Of a stretch of DNA of 64,000 nucleotides, positions 31,755 through 41,387 are shown in pieces (positions within the stretch are counted from its first letter, which is position 1; the number at the start of each line of letters is the position of its first letter). Source of the stretch: an uncultured Acidobacteriota bacterium (lineage in GTDB: Bacteria; Acidobacteriota; Blastocatellia; RBC074); the NCBI GenBank assembly GCA_963796275.1, contig CAWCKY010000007.1:1-64000 (forward strand). The letters run 5' to 3'. A program made the translations under genes and the position numbers. The notes beneath the pieces were generated by a model. It did not search any database. It was not told the origin of the DNA and saw only the letters and a list, made by a program, of their open reading frames with translations.

Positions 31755-33302
31755 ATGGCTTACGCTGAAAATGAGTGTCTGACCGAGCTGCGGAATCTGG
31801 TTCTCGAACTCGGCCGGGATGGTGGCCTCATAAGCCCGTCGGTCTATGACACTGCGCAGGTTCTGCGATTGTCTCCCTTAACCGGCGACTGCGCGAGCAC
31901 GGTCGCCTGGCTGATCGCCCGGCAGCATTCCGACGGCGGATGGGGGCATCCATCGGCGACCCGCGCCCGCGACCTGCCGACGCTGGCCGCGGCTCTGGCT
32001 TTGCGCGCACAGCGCGGTTCCAAAGACGCTTCCGACGCGGCTCAGGCGGGATTCGCCTTTCTGCGACGCTATGCGCAGCAACACTGGTCCGAACCGCTGG
32101 CCGATGATCTGCCGGTAGGGATCGAGCTGCTGCTGCCGCGATTGCTCGGCGAGGCGGCATCTCACGGGATCGATCTGCCGGCCAAGCCGTATCAGTCGCT
32201 GCGAGCGCTTGGTACTCGCAAGCGACTGATAATCGCGGCAACGAAGCCGAGCGCGGGCTCGGGACCGGTGTACTCCTGGGAGGGGTGGGGATTTCAGGCC
32301 GCCCCGGAAGTTATAGACGGTTCCGGCGGCGTAGGACATTGCCCCGCGGCCACTGCCGCATGGCTGGCGATGACGGCAAAACGCAATGACCTTAATGGGG
32401 TTTTTAACCGAGCTGCGCGCCGGTTTTTGAAAACAGCCTCCGCAGCCTCCGGCGAGAGCGACTCCAGCTTAATGCCTGTTGTTTGGCCTATCAATCGCTT
32501 TGAACAGATAGGGGGGCTCCACGCCCTCTCCCTTGCCGGCTTGGTTGACCATCCTCAGCTGCGAGACGCGGCGCGAGCCCAAATTCTCGACCTCAGCCAC
32601 GCGTTGCGTCCGGACGGAATCGGCAAGAGCGATCATTTCAGCGTTAATGGCGATTGCACATTTATGGCGATCGCCACGCTGATCGCTGCTGGACATCAGG
32701 TCAATAGCCGCGTGATATATCGTTTCCGGCAGAAAAATTCCTTCATCACCTATCCGATCGAGCTTCAACCCTCCTTGACTGCGACCGCTCACGCCGTGCT
32801 AGCGCTGGCACGCGCTCGCGACGATGTCAGCTGCTTCGCGCGATATCTCGAAAGCAAAGAGTCGCCCGACGGCCGTTGGGTCGGCGACAAGTGGCACAAT
32901 TCGTGGTTGTACACCACGGCGGAAGTGATCATTGCGTTGGCACAGGCTAACCGGACAAAGGCCCTGCCAGCCGCGGTCGCCGCGCTGCTCTGGCATCAGC
33001 GTGAGGGTGGCGGATGGGGCTGCGCCGATCGCCCGACGCTGGCGGAGACCGCATACGCAGCATTGGCGCTCCACATGCTCCGCTCGCGCGGCACTTGCAC
33101 CAAACAGGTTCACCTTGCGCTTGAGCGGGCCGCCGCGTGGCTCGCCGATAACTACGAAGCAATGTCACCGCGAAATGACATCTTCTGGATATCCAAGGAA
33201 CTCTACTGCCCCTACCGGGTCGACCGCGTGTTTATTTTGAGCGCCGTTCTCGCTCTCCATCAAGAATGCGGCGGGAGGAGTAACAATAACAATGCTGCAT
33301 AG
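31755..33302 (+). CDS. Class II (protonation-initiated) beta-gamma diterpene cyclase, copalyl/kolavenyl/halimadienyl-PP synthase-like
   Basis: SPSVYDTA, QW repeats QHSDGGWG and QREGGGWG, PAATAAW, DKWHNSWLYTT, ETAYA, WISKELYCP. The DxDD position reads NGDC. Confidence 0.88.
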   Translation: MAYAENECLTELRNLVLELGRDGGLISPSVYDTAQVLRLSPLTGDCASTVAWLIARQHSDGGWGHPSATRARDLPTLAAALALRAQRGSKDASDAAQAGFAFLRRYAQQHWSEPLADDLPVGIELLLPRLLGEAASHGIDLPAKPYQSLRALGTRKRLIIAATKPSAGSGPVYSWEGWGFQAAPEVIDGSGGVGHCPAATAAWLAMTAKRNDLNGVFNRAARRFLKTASAASGESDSSLMPVVWPINRFEQIGGLHALSLAGLVDHPQLRDAARAQILDLSHALRPDGIGKSDHFSVNGDCTFMAIATLIAAGHQVNSRVIYRFRQKNSFITYPIELQPSLTATAHAVLALARARDDVSCFARYLESKESPDGRWVGDKWHNSWLYTTAEVIIALAQANRTKALPAAVAALLWHQREGGGWGCADRPTLAETAYAALALHMLRSRGTCTKQVHLALERAAAWLADNYEAMSPRNDIFWISKELYCPYRVDRVFILSAVLALHQECGGRSNNNNAA

Positions 33303-33539
33303 AGGAACTATATGAGTGCAGCGATGCGACCTGATTCTGGCGTGCTGGAATATCCTCGTCTTCGGTGACTCCTGCACATCCTCCGTGTCGTATGAAGATT
33401 TCGAGCGACTGGCCGGGAGGTGGAACGGGCATTCGTAAATTCCTTCACGCCGATTATGGCGATGATGATGCCCGAATTATTGACATTCAGCTTGGTCGTT
33501 TAATTCTATGCCGAATTGCCGCGTAGTAACACGATGAGT

Positions 33540-33905
33540 TTATTTCGGCGTTTCAACGCCGGCACCGCCATCCATCACACATTGCGTCACCTTGTGACTC
33601 CTGACTTCAACCGTCGCTATGCAACGCAACGCTCTGATAATACCTACCGGCGTTGATGTTGTTTGAAAATAAATGCAATTACGCAGGGGCAGACCTATGT
33701 GTCATTTGTGTCAAGATAAGCCGTAATCTTCGTAACATCTGGCCACTGAGCGCCCCTTTGGGACATAGGAGCCAGCCTTATTCTTATCTTGGCGCATGAC
33801 CTATGTGTCGGCCCCGGAGTGCGCAACTGTGAACCGGGGGCAGACAACAGGTTAAACATCGGCCTGCCCCCTACGTTGGATGACGTGGTTGCAGCAATTT
33901 TTCAA
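33540..33905. repeat. REP-like palindromes and possible RAYT transposase remnant
   Basis: Palindrome cggcgtttcaacgccg; two copies of gacctatgtgtc; ggggcagac...ctgcccc pairing; a PTLDDVV..FK-like fragment. Confidence 0.4.
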
Positions 33906-34158
33906 ATTCAACCTCAGGTCTACGATTGCGCGTCTTTTTTACAATAGGCGTCCTGAAAATATTGAAAAGTTTGACTCAAGGCAGAACGGGAATAATTTAA
34001 ACGGCACACCGAAAAAAATCGCCTGAAACCGTTATAGAGGAGCATGCTGATTAGGCGTGGATTGCTGGGTAGAAGGGGATATCCGCAGCTTGGATGAAGC
34101 CTGAATGATGGGTTTATATCTCGCAAGGTCGCGAAGGCGTGGGGGCGCAATTAGTGAA

Positions 34159-35463
34159 ATGAGCTGTTCAGTCGAAACATCACTTTGGAACGATTTTTCA
34201 CGCATGTCATACCAGCAGCGCGCTGGCCGCATCGCCGAACTGGCGCGTCTCGACCAGGCTTCAATTGAAGCGTTGAGTGGCCGCACGGTCACGGCGGATA
34301 TCGGGTTGGCAGAAAGATGCGTGGAGAACGCCATCGGCTATTTCGCGGCGCCCCTGGGAGTCGCCGCTTATATGCTTATTGACGGACGCGACGTCGTCGT
34401 GCCGATGGCCGTCGAGGAGACATCGATCATCGCCGCGGCGTCGAGCGCCGCAAAATTCTTCTACCCCCACGGCGGCGTCACCACCAGAACCGAAGGCACC
34501 CTGGGTATCGGCCAGATCCAGATACCGAGGGCGAGAGATTCGGGTCGCATCATAGAAACTGTTATAGCCAATCACGACCTGCTGCTCGCTTGCGCCAATG
34601 AACTGGTACCAGGCTTGATCGCTCGCGGCGGCGGGGCGCAGCGCATCGAAGGGCGCGTTTTGCCTGGAATGGTAGTGGTCTATATCTATGTAGACACCTG
34701 CGACGCGATGGGCGCCAACCTGATCAATCAGATATGCGAAGGACTGAAGCCCCTCATTGAGGACTTGACCGGGGAAGAAGTCGGCGTCTGCATTCTTTCG
34801 AACCTGACTGACACGCGCATGTCGTTTGCGACTGCGCGCGCACGACAGATTGACCGGCGTCTGGTCGACGGGATCGTCAACGCCTATGAGTTCGCCGCGC
34901 AGGACCATTACCGCGCCGCGACGCACAACAAGGGAATCCTCAACGCCATCGACGCTATTTTATTGGCGACGGGCAATGACTGGAGGGCGATGGAGGCGGG
35001 CGCTCACGCTTACGCGGCCCTCGGCGGACACTACCGCCCGTTGTCGCGCTGGCGTCGTGAGGGTGACGACCTGGTCGGCGAGATCAGGCTGCCTACATCT
35101 GTTGGGATGGTAGGCGGTATGACCGGGATTCATCCGACCGCGCGAGCATGCCTGAAGATACTGGGCGCACAGACGGCTGCTGAACTGGGCCGAATCTGCG
35201 CCGCCGTCGGCTTGATACAGAACTTCGCGGCGCTACGCGCGCTGTCGACCGTCGGTATCGTCAAAGGCCATATGAATCTGCATGCGCGGAACCTGGCGGT
35301 TCTCGCCGGAGCGAATCAGGAAGAACAACCCATGTTAGTCGAGAAGCTGCGCGAGGAACTACTGCATAAAAATCGGATAACGCTGACCCAGGCGCAGGAC
35401 ATTTTGTTAGATATCCGAAACAACGCGGTAACAGGAGGCGCGCTTATGTCGCCCCGTGAGTGA
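34159..35463 (+). CDS. mvaA: HMG-CoA reductase, class II
   Basis: ENAIG, MAVEETSIIAA, DAMGAN, RAATHNKG, GNDWRA, GIVKGHMNLH. Confidence 0.95.
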   Translation: MSCSVETSLWNDFSRMSYQQRAGRIAELARLDQASIEALSGRTVTADIGLAERCVENAIGYFAAPLGVAAYMLIDGRDVVVPMAVEETSIIAAASSAAKFFYPHGGVTTRTEGTLGIGQIQIPRARDSGRIIETVIANHDLLLACANELVPGLIARGGGAQRIEGRVLPGMVVVYIYVDTCDAMGANLINQICEGLKPLIEDLTGEEVGVCILSNLTDTRMSFATARARQIDRRLVDGIVNAYEFAAQDHYRAATHNKGILNAIDAILLATGNDWRAMEAGAHAYAALGGHYRPLSRWRREGDDLVGEIRLPTSVGMVGGMTGIHPTARACLKILGAQTAAELGRICAAVGLIQNFAALRALSTVGIVKGHMNLHARNLAVLAGANQEEQPMLVEKLREELLHKNRITLTQAQDILLDIRNNAVTGGALMSPRE

Positions 35464-35560
35464 CGCCCTGTGAGACTGAAAATAGCATGGGAGTTCAAGC
35501 TTTAGCCAAAGCTTTAACCTGGCATCTGCCATTGAAAGTTACATACGGAGGATTCTTAAC

Positions 35561-36808
35561 ATGGTCGGAATGGAAGCTTTGGCCTTTTCAGTGCCGCAAT
35601 ACTATATCAACTTAAGTGACCTGGCGGTCGCGCGGGGAATTGACCCGGACAAGTATACCGTCGGTCTTGGCCAACGCGAGATGTCCATCGCTACACCTTG
35701 CGAAGACGCTGTTACTCTGGCCGCCGGAGCGGGACAGCGGCTGCTAGCCAGCTTCGACGTCGATCCGGGGTCCATCGCCTTGCTCATTGTCGGCGCCGAA
35801 ACCGGGATTGATCATAGTAAGCCGATCGCCAGTTACGTTCATGAGTTACTCGGCTTATCCACTCTATGTCGATCTTTCGAGATCAAACATGCATGCCACG
35901 GCGGCATGGCCGGACTATTTACGGCTTCGCAGTGGACAATGTCAGGTCGCGCCGCGGGCAAGAAGGCTCTCATCATCGCCACTGATATCGCGAGATACGG
36001 AGTTGGAGCGCCTGGCGAGCCGACGCAGGGGGCCGGCGCCGTCGCGATGCTGATTTCGGACAATCCAGCGTTGCTCGAGTTCGACACGGACGCCGAAGGC
36101 TACTACTCGAAACAGGTCATGGACTTTTGGCGCCCTATCTACAGCAAAGAGGCCTTCACCGACGGCCACTATTCAATATCCTGCTACCTCGACGCCTTGC
36201 AATACTCCTACGCTGCCTATCGCCGTGATTCCGGCCGCGACGGCGACCCGCATTTTGCGGACCGCTTCGTCGCCTGCCTTTATCACGCGCCGTTCGTGAA
36301 GATGACTCAGAAGGCTCATCAGCGATTGTTGGAGACCGACGCAGGGGCGCCGTTCGCATCCGACAGCCCCGAGATGCAAAGCGCCAGAGATGACTTTGCC
36401 AGGCGAGTGGTGCCTTCGCTGGAGATCAATGCGCGCGTGGGCAACATCTACACCGGATCGCTTTTTCTGTCGCTGGTCAACTTTCTTGAAGACCAGGCCG
36501 AGGGTAACGCCGGGCGCACGATCAGTCTATTCAGTTACGGCAGCGGCTGCCAGGCCGAGTTCATCACCGCCAGAGTCGGAGAGCGGGCTGGACAGGCGAT
36601 GAAACGACAAAGTTTTCGAACGGTTCTGGACGCTCGCACGCGCCTCGACGTGCGTCGCTACGAAGAGATTCTCGAGGCGAACGGAGTGGCAGATCTCAAC
36701 GATTCGAAGGTTTGCGACCCGGAGGTCTGGGGCGTCGCGGGACCATTCGTATACGCAGGGGCGCATAACCATCAGCGGCAGTACGTCAGCCGATCTTCGA
36801 CAATTTAG
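35561..36808 (+). CDS. mvaS: HMG-CoA synthase
   Basis: ETGIDHSK, IKHACHGG (catalytic Cys), GEPTQGAGA, DFWRP, GNIYTGSL, FSYGSG. Confidence 0.96.
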   Translation: MVGMEALAFSVPQYYINLSDLAVARGIDPDKYTVGLGQREMSIATPCEDAVTLAAGAGQRLLASFDVDPGSIALLIVGAETGIDHSKPIASYVHELLGLSTLCRSFEIKHACHGGMAGLFTASQWTMSGRAAGKKALIIATDIARYGVGAPGEPTQGAGAVAMLISDNPALLEFDTDAEGYYSKQVMDFWRPIYSKEAFTDGHYSISCYLDALQYSYAAYRRDSGRDGDPHFADRFVACLYHAPFVKMTQKAHQRLLETDAGAPFASDSPEMQSARDDFARRVVPSLEINARVGNIYTGSLFLSLVNFLEDQAEGNAGRTISLFSYGSGCQAEFITARVGERAGQAMKRQSFRTVLDARTRLDVRRYEEILEANGVADLNDSKVCDPEVWGVAGPFVYAGAHNHQRQYVSRSSTI

Positions 36809-37037
36809 CCGGAGTTGAGTACGGCCTCGATTGATGAATGGCCGTCTCGATTACGACTCCTAACGCCGCCTTCCTGGACCACGCGTATAAAAAGAGCTCT
36901 CACGGATATGGCGAACTACCAGATATGTTATGTCAACGAATATTTTTTCTCTTGAAAAGGAGATCAAAGAAACATATCCCTTCCAATCAGGTTATCGCCC
37001 GGCGTGACGAATACGTTATCTGCTAATCATTGCTGCT

Positions 37038-38090
37038 ATGGATATCGAACAGTTCGAACAACGGAAGCAGGATCACATCGCGCACTCATTGAGCACGGTC
37101 AACCAGGCCATAGGCATGAGCGGCCTGGAATCCATCCATCTATATCACGAGGCCATCCCGGACCTCGACTTCGAAGAGATCAGCCTAGTAACGACATGTT
37201 TCGGAATGGTGTTACCCACGCCCTTTTACGTCGCGAGTATGACGGCGGGACATGCGGACGCATTGAGCATCAATTGGATGCTGGCGCAGGCATGCCAGGA
37301 GCGCGGATGGGCTATGGGAGTGGGTTCGCAGCGCCGCGAATTGGAGGCCCGATTGGACGCCCGAGCGATAGATGATTGGCAGAGTCTTCGCCGGGCGGTT
37401 CCGGGCCTCGCGCTATTCGCCAACATCGGCATAAGCCAACTGATCAAGGCAGAGGTCTCAGATATCCGTCATCTCGTCGAGTCGCTCGATGCCCAGGCTC
37501 TGTGTGTTCACCTCAACGCATTGCAGGAGGCGATCCAGCCGGAGGGCACTCCGCAGTTCAAGGGGGCCTGGCGGGCGATCGAAACTCTCTGTCGCGAGTT
37601 GGGTTGTCCCGTCATCGTCAAAGAGACCGGATGTGGTTTCCACCGTTCGACGCTGCGCCGCCTCGCTCAGATCGGTCCGGTGGCGCCTTCAGCAGTAGAT
37701 GTCAGCGGACTCGGCGGCACACACTGGGGAAGGATCGAAGGCGCGCGCGCAGGCTTCCACACGCTGCATCAGTCGGCCGCCGCGACTTTCGCCAACTGGG
37801 GAGAGGCTACCGTCGAGAGCGTGCTGGCGGCGCGATTGGAGCTGTCTCCTCAGACGGAGATATGGGCGTCGGGAGGGGTTCGGTCCGGCCTCGACGCCGC
37901 CAAGCTTATCGCACTTGGGGCTCATCGCGTCGGCTATGCGAAGCCCGCACTGGATGCGGCGCTCACCGGGCCAATCGAACTGCGCCGTTGGATGGAGTTG
38001 CAGGAGTACGAGCTGCGAGTCGCTTTGTTCTGCTCCGGCTGTGCCACTACCGCCGTTCTGCGGGACAAGACTGGCTCGTGGGAGATGTAG
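37038..38090 (+). CDS. fni: Type 2 (FMN-dependent) isopentenyl-diphosphate delta-isomerase
   Basis: RKQDHI, SMTAG, GVGSQR, HLNALQEAIQPEG, VKETGCG, GGTHW, ASGGVR. Confidence 0.96.
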   Translation: MDIEQFEQRKQDHIAHSLSTVNQAIGMSGLESIHLYHEAIPDLDFEEISLVTTCFGMVLPTPFYVASMTAGHADALSINWMLAQACQERGWAMGVGSQRRELEARLDARAIDDWQSLRRAVPGLALFANIGISQLIKAEVSDIRHLVESLDAQALCVHLNALQEAIQPEGTPQFKGAWRAIETLCRELGCPVIVKETGCGFHRSTLRRLAQIGPVAPSAVDVSGLGGTHWGRIEGARAGFHTLHQSAAATFANWGEATVESVLAARLELSPQTEIWASGGVRSGLDAAKLIALGAHRVGYAKPALDAALTGPIELRRWMELQEYELRVALFCSGCATTAVLRDKTGSWEM

Positions 38091-38224
38091 GGAGATTTTA
38101 CGAGACGCAATCAGGTTATCCGAGGAGATACCAAGCGCAAAGCGCAACGGGCTCCACGCGTACCACTCGCACAACATCTGCGCCGATCGGGTTCGTCCAG
38201 CGCTTGATATGGAGATTTTATAAG

Positions 38225-39169
38225 GTGTGTAGTTTCGATATTGCCGGGAAAGTTTTTGTTTTGGGTGAGTACGCGGTCCTGGGCGGATTGCCCGCTCTGG
38301 TGGCCGGCGTCGCCCCGCGCTTCTCCGGTTCGCTGCGTGAGGCTATGGATGAAGGCCCCTACTGGCACGCGGACAGCCCTGTAGGCCGCCTACTGCGCTG
38401 GGCCCGGGAACACTGCGGGGTGAGATTCTCCTTCCATTTCGAGGACCCTTATCATAGTGGGGGCTTCGGCGCTTCGACAGCGCAGTTTGCCATTGCCTAT
38501 GCCGCTGGGGCTGTGCGGCTCGGGTTGAGTTGCGATTGGCGAACCGCATGGCAGTTCTACCGCAAATTGACGGGCGCTGATGAAACGACTCCGAGCGGCG
38601 CCGATCTCGTCGCTCAGCTGCGGGGAGGAGTAACCCTCTTCAATCCGGTTTCGCTGAGCTGCGCGGACATCTGGGACGAATTCGACTGGTCGCGGCTGCT
38701 GGTCTTTGCGCCGAATGCGCAACCTGATCGAAAGGTCGCCACACACGTTCACCTCAAAGAGTTTTCCCTGGGAAGCCAAGAGATCGATCGCACCCAGCTG
38801 TTTTCCCGTTTGGCGGACCCCTTAAAAAAAGGCCTCACAGCGATAGATCGAAAGAGCGTCTACGATCTGGGCGCGGCGATGGATTGGTACGCCGACGCGC
38901 TCGCCGAAAACGGCCTGGAGGCACGTGTCACTTTCGAGGACCGGCGGGCGCTCAGGGCGATGCCGGGCGTGTGCGGAGCGAAGGGTGCCGGCGCTATGCA
39001 AGCAGATGTTGTACTTGCGCTCATGACGCCGGACGCGGATGCAGAGCCGATTATTCGGTCGGCACGGACACGCGGGTTGAAGCTGATATGTCATGGGTTG
39101 ACGCGGCAACCCGGAATCCAACCCCTTTTGCCACAGAAACACGGAGCCACGGAGCTTACGAGTAGGTAA
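38225..39169 (+). CDS. GHMP kinase, probable phosphomevalonate kinase
   Basis: GKVFVLGEYAVL, GGFGASTA, PSGADL, KGAGA. Likely GTG start after GGAG; the upstream part of the 597-aa ORF overlaps fni and is spurious. Confidence 0.8.
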   Translation: MCSFDIAGKVFVLGEYAVLGGLPALVAGVAPRFSGSLREAMDEGPYWHADSPVGRLLRWAREHCGVRFSFHFEDPYHSGGFGASTAQFAIAYAAGAVRLGLSCDWRTAWQFYRKLTGADETTPSGADLVAQLRGGVTLFNPVSLSCADIWDEFDWSRLLVFAPNAQPDRKVATHVHLKEFSLGSQEIDRTQLFSRLADPLKKGLTAIDRKSVYDLGAAMDWYADALAENGLEARVTFEDRRALRAMPGVCGAKGAGAMQADVVLALMTPDADAEPIIRSARTRGLKLICHGLTRQPGIQPLLPQKHGATELTSR

Positions 39170-39180
39170 AGGATATTCAT

Positions 39181-40200
39181 ATGCCTCAGGGAGCGATTTT
39201 CGAGATTCCATTTCCGTCGATGATCAATCCACATCTGGCGCCGGCGCGTGCCGCCAATCTTTCCTGGGTCCGCGCCCGTGGCCTGGCGCGCAGCGAGGCC
39301 AGGATGGAGGAGTACCTGTCGTGGGACCTGCCGCAGCTGACCGCCCGGACCTATCCATATGCCGACCGCGCCGATCTGGAAATGCTGATGAACTTTTTCA
39401 GCATTTTTTTCCTTATTGATGACGAGTTCGATGAACCGCAGGGCGACCGGCGGGCGCAACTGGCCGCGGTGACCCAGGAGATGATCACCATCCCGTTTCG
39501 TCCGGCAGGAGCCCCTCCGGACATCGTCTGCCCGATCACGCTGGCATGGGTCGAAGTATGGACGGACATGCGCCGCGGGATGTCGGAAACCTGGCAGAAC
39601 CTATTTGCATCGAACTCGGCGCGTTTCCTCACCGCCAGCTTGGAAGAGGAGCGCCTTGCCGCCAGCTCGGCGGTATTGGATCTCAACTCGTACGTGGAGC
39701 TGCGCCGCCATAGTGTGGGCGTCTATCACGGATTCGATTTGGCCGAGCGGAGCCGGGGCTTCGAGGTCCCGCCTCACGCGCATTCCCACCAGCGGATGCG
39801 CGACCTTCGCGCCGCTGCGACGGACACAATCGGGTTCATGAACGATGTGCATTCTCTAGAGCGGGACGAGCGCAAGGGCAAATCCTATAACCTAGTCGCT
39901 GTACTGCGAAGGGAACTCCGCTGTTCCCGGGCGGACGCCATTGAACGGGCTGTGCGGATGGCCCGCGAGCGGCTCAAGGCGGCACTCGAATTGCAAGCGA
40001 AGAGCCCGCACATCAGCGCCGAACTGAGACTTTCCAGCAACGAGTGCGTGGCGGTGGAACGGGGTGTGGAGGGAATCCGGAACTGGATCCGCGGCTACCA
40101 CGATTGGGCCTGTCAGAGCAGAAGGTACGCGGCGTCAGGCCCGATCGAATCATCGCTGGCTCCTGTCCGGCATGAGGATGATCTACTGGCCCTGACCTGA
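39181..40200 (+). CDS. Class I terpene synthase (pentalenene-synthase-like fold, canonical motifs)
   Basis: DDEFD, RRHSVG, NDVHSLERD, NLV, WACQSRRY. Confidence 0.95.
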   Translation: MPQGAIFEIPFPSMINPHLAPARAANLSWVRARGLARSEARMEEYLSWDLPQLTARTYPYADRADLEMLMNFFSIFFLIDDEFDEPQGDRRAQLAAVTQEMITIPFRPAGAPPDIVCPITLAWVEVWTDMRRGMSETWQNLFASNSARFLTASLEEERLAASSAVLDLNSYVELRRHSVGVYHGFDLAERSRGFEVPPHAHSHQRMRDLRAAATDTIGFMNDVHSLERDERKGKSYNLVAVLRRELRCSRADAIERAVRMARERLKAALELQAKSPHISAELRLSSNECVAVERGVEGIRNWIRGYHDWACQSRRYAASGPIESSLAPVRHEDDLLALT

Positions 40201-40283
40201 AATTCTATATCGGAACAACCGACATTGGCGCATCGAGTGAAATATAAAATATTTCACATGCCATTCGGCAACGGAGAAAAGAC

Positions 40284-41387
40284 ATGCAACTAACTGTGTG
40301 CGCCCTCGCTCCATCTAACATAGCGATAGTTAAATACATGGGAAAGCAGGACGACGCGACCAACATACCTGAGAACCCGAGCCTGTCAATGACGCTGAAC
40401 AGGCTGCGCAGTTGCGTGGAGATAACTTGCGCCAACGCGGATGGCCCGGCTGAGGCGACGTGGGTGCCAGAGCCTCCGCTTCTGTGGAGCAGACAGGCGA
40501 GTCTCAAACTCGAAGTCCCGCGTCTCGATGAAGCTGGAATAGCCCGCTTTTTGCGCCACTTCGAGCGCGTGCGTCGTGCCGCGCCGGCGATACTTGCGAG
40601 ATACGGAGTACCGATTACCGCGCAGGATGGAGAGAGGTGCTCTTATCTGATTCGAAGCGGGAACACCTTTCCGTCGTCGACCGGCATCGCATCGAGCGCC
40701 GCCAGTTTCGCCGCACTGACATTGGCGACGGCGATGACGCTCATAAGCGATCAAGCAGCATTTGACGGCACCTGGGAATCGGAAACGGGTTTGCGAAGAG
40801 ATATGGCGAGCCTGTCGCGACAAGGATCAGGCAGCTCTTGCCGCTCGTTTGAAGGTCCCTGGGTCGGATGGGAGGCGGATCGCGTTTTTAAAATGAATGC
40901 CTCGACGCCGGAGCTTAGCCACTTCGTTTTGCTGGTCAGCGACGAGGCCAAGAAGATTCCTTCTTCCAGGGCCCACCAGCTCGTTAAGGAATCACCGCTA
41001 TGGACGGGGCGCGTGGAGCGCGCGAGCGCGCGATTCGAGCAGGCCTGCAGGGCACTATCTGAAGGAGACCTGACCCGCCTCGCCCGAATCGCGTGGAGAG
41101 AAGCCTGGGAGATGCACAGCTTATTCCACACTACGGCTGAGCCTTTCTCATATTGGCGCCCCCGCAGCATAGAGTTACTTCAGTGGCTCGCGCCGGCGAT
41201 CAACGGGCCGGCACCTGCCATCGTTTCGCCCCCGATCGTCTCGATGGACGCCGGTCCGAACGTGCATCTGATCGTCGAGGCGGCAGATGCTGATATGTGG
41301 CGTGAGAGATTGATTCGCCGTTACGGCGCGGGCGCTTTCCTCGAAGATGAGCCGGGCGACGGCGCCGCCCCATTCGGGCGATGTTGA
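40284..41387 (+). CDS. mvaD: Diphosphomevalonate decarboxylase
   Basis: APSNIAIVKYMGK, NPSLSMTL, GIASSAASFAAL, RQGSGSSCRS, MDAGPNVH. Confidence 0.95.
   Translation: MQLTVCALAPSNIAIVKYMGKQDDATNIPENPSLSMTLNRLRSCVEITCANADGPAEATWVPEPPLLWSRQASLKLEVPRLDEAGIARFLRHFERVRRAAPAILARYGVPITAQDGERCSYLIRSGNTFPSSTGIASSAASFAALTLATAMTLISDQAAFDGTWESETGLRRDMASLSRQGSGSSCRSFEGPWVGWEADRVFKMNASTPELSHFVLLVSDEAKKIPSSRAHQLVKESPLWTGRVERASARFEQACRALSEGDLTRLARIAWREAWEMHSLFHTTAEPFSYWRPRSIELLQWLAPAINGPAPAIVSPPIVSMDAGPNVHLIVEAADADMWRERLIRRYGAGAFLEDEPGDGAAPFGRC

Noticed and set aside
31755-33302. Squalene-hopene cyclase / hopanoid locus
   Set aside because: At 515 aa it is too short, it has diterpene-cyclase motifs (YDTA, DKWH), and there are no hpnCDE genes.
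37376-38224. 597-aa ORF as a long fusion kinase
   Set aside because: The N-terminal 283 aa overlap fni in another frame and are low-quality Arg/Gly-rich sequence. GHMP motifs begin only after 38225.
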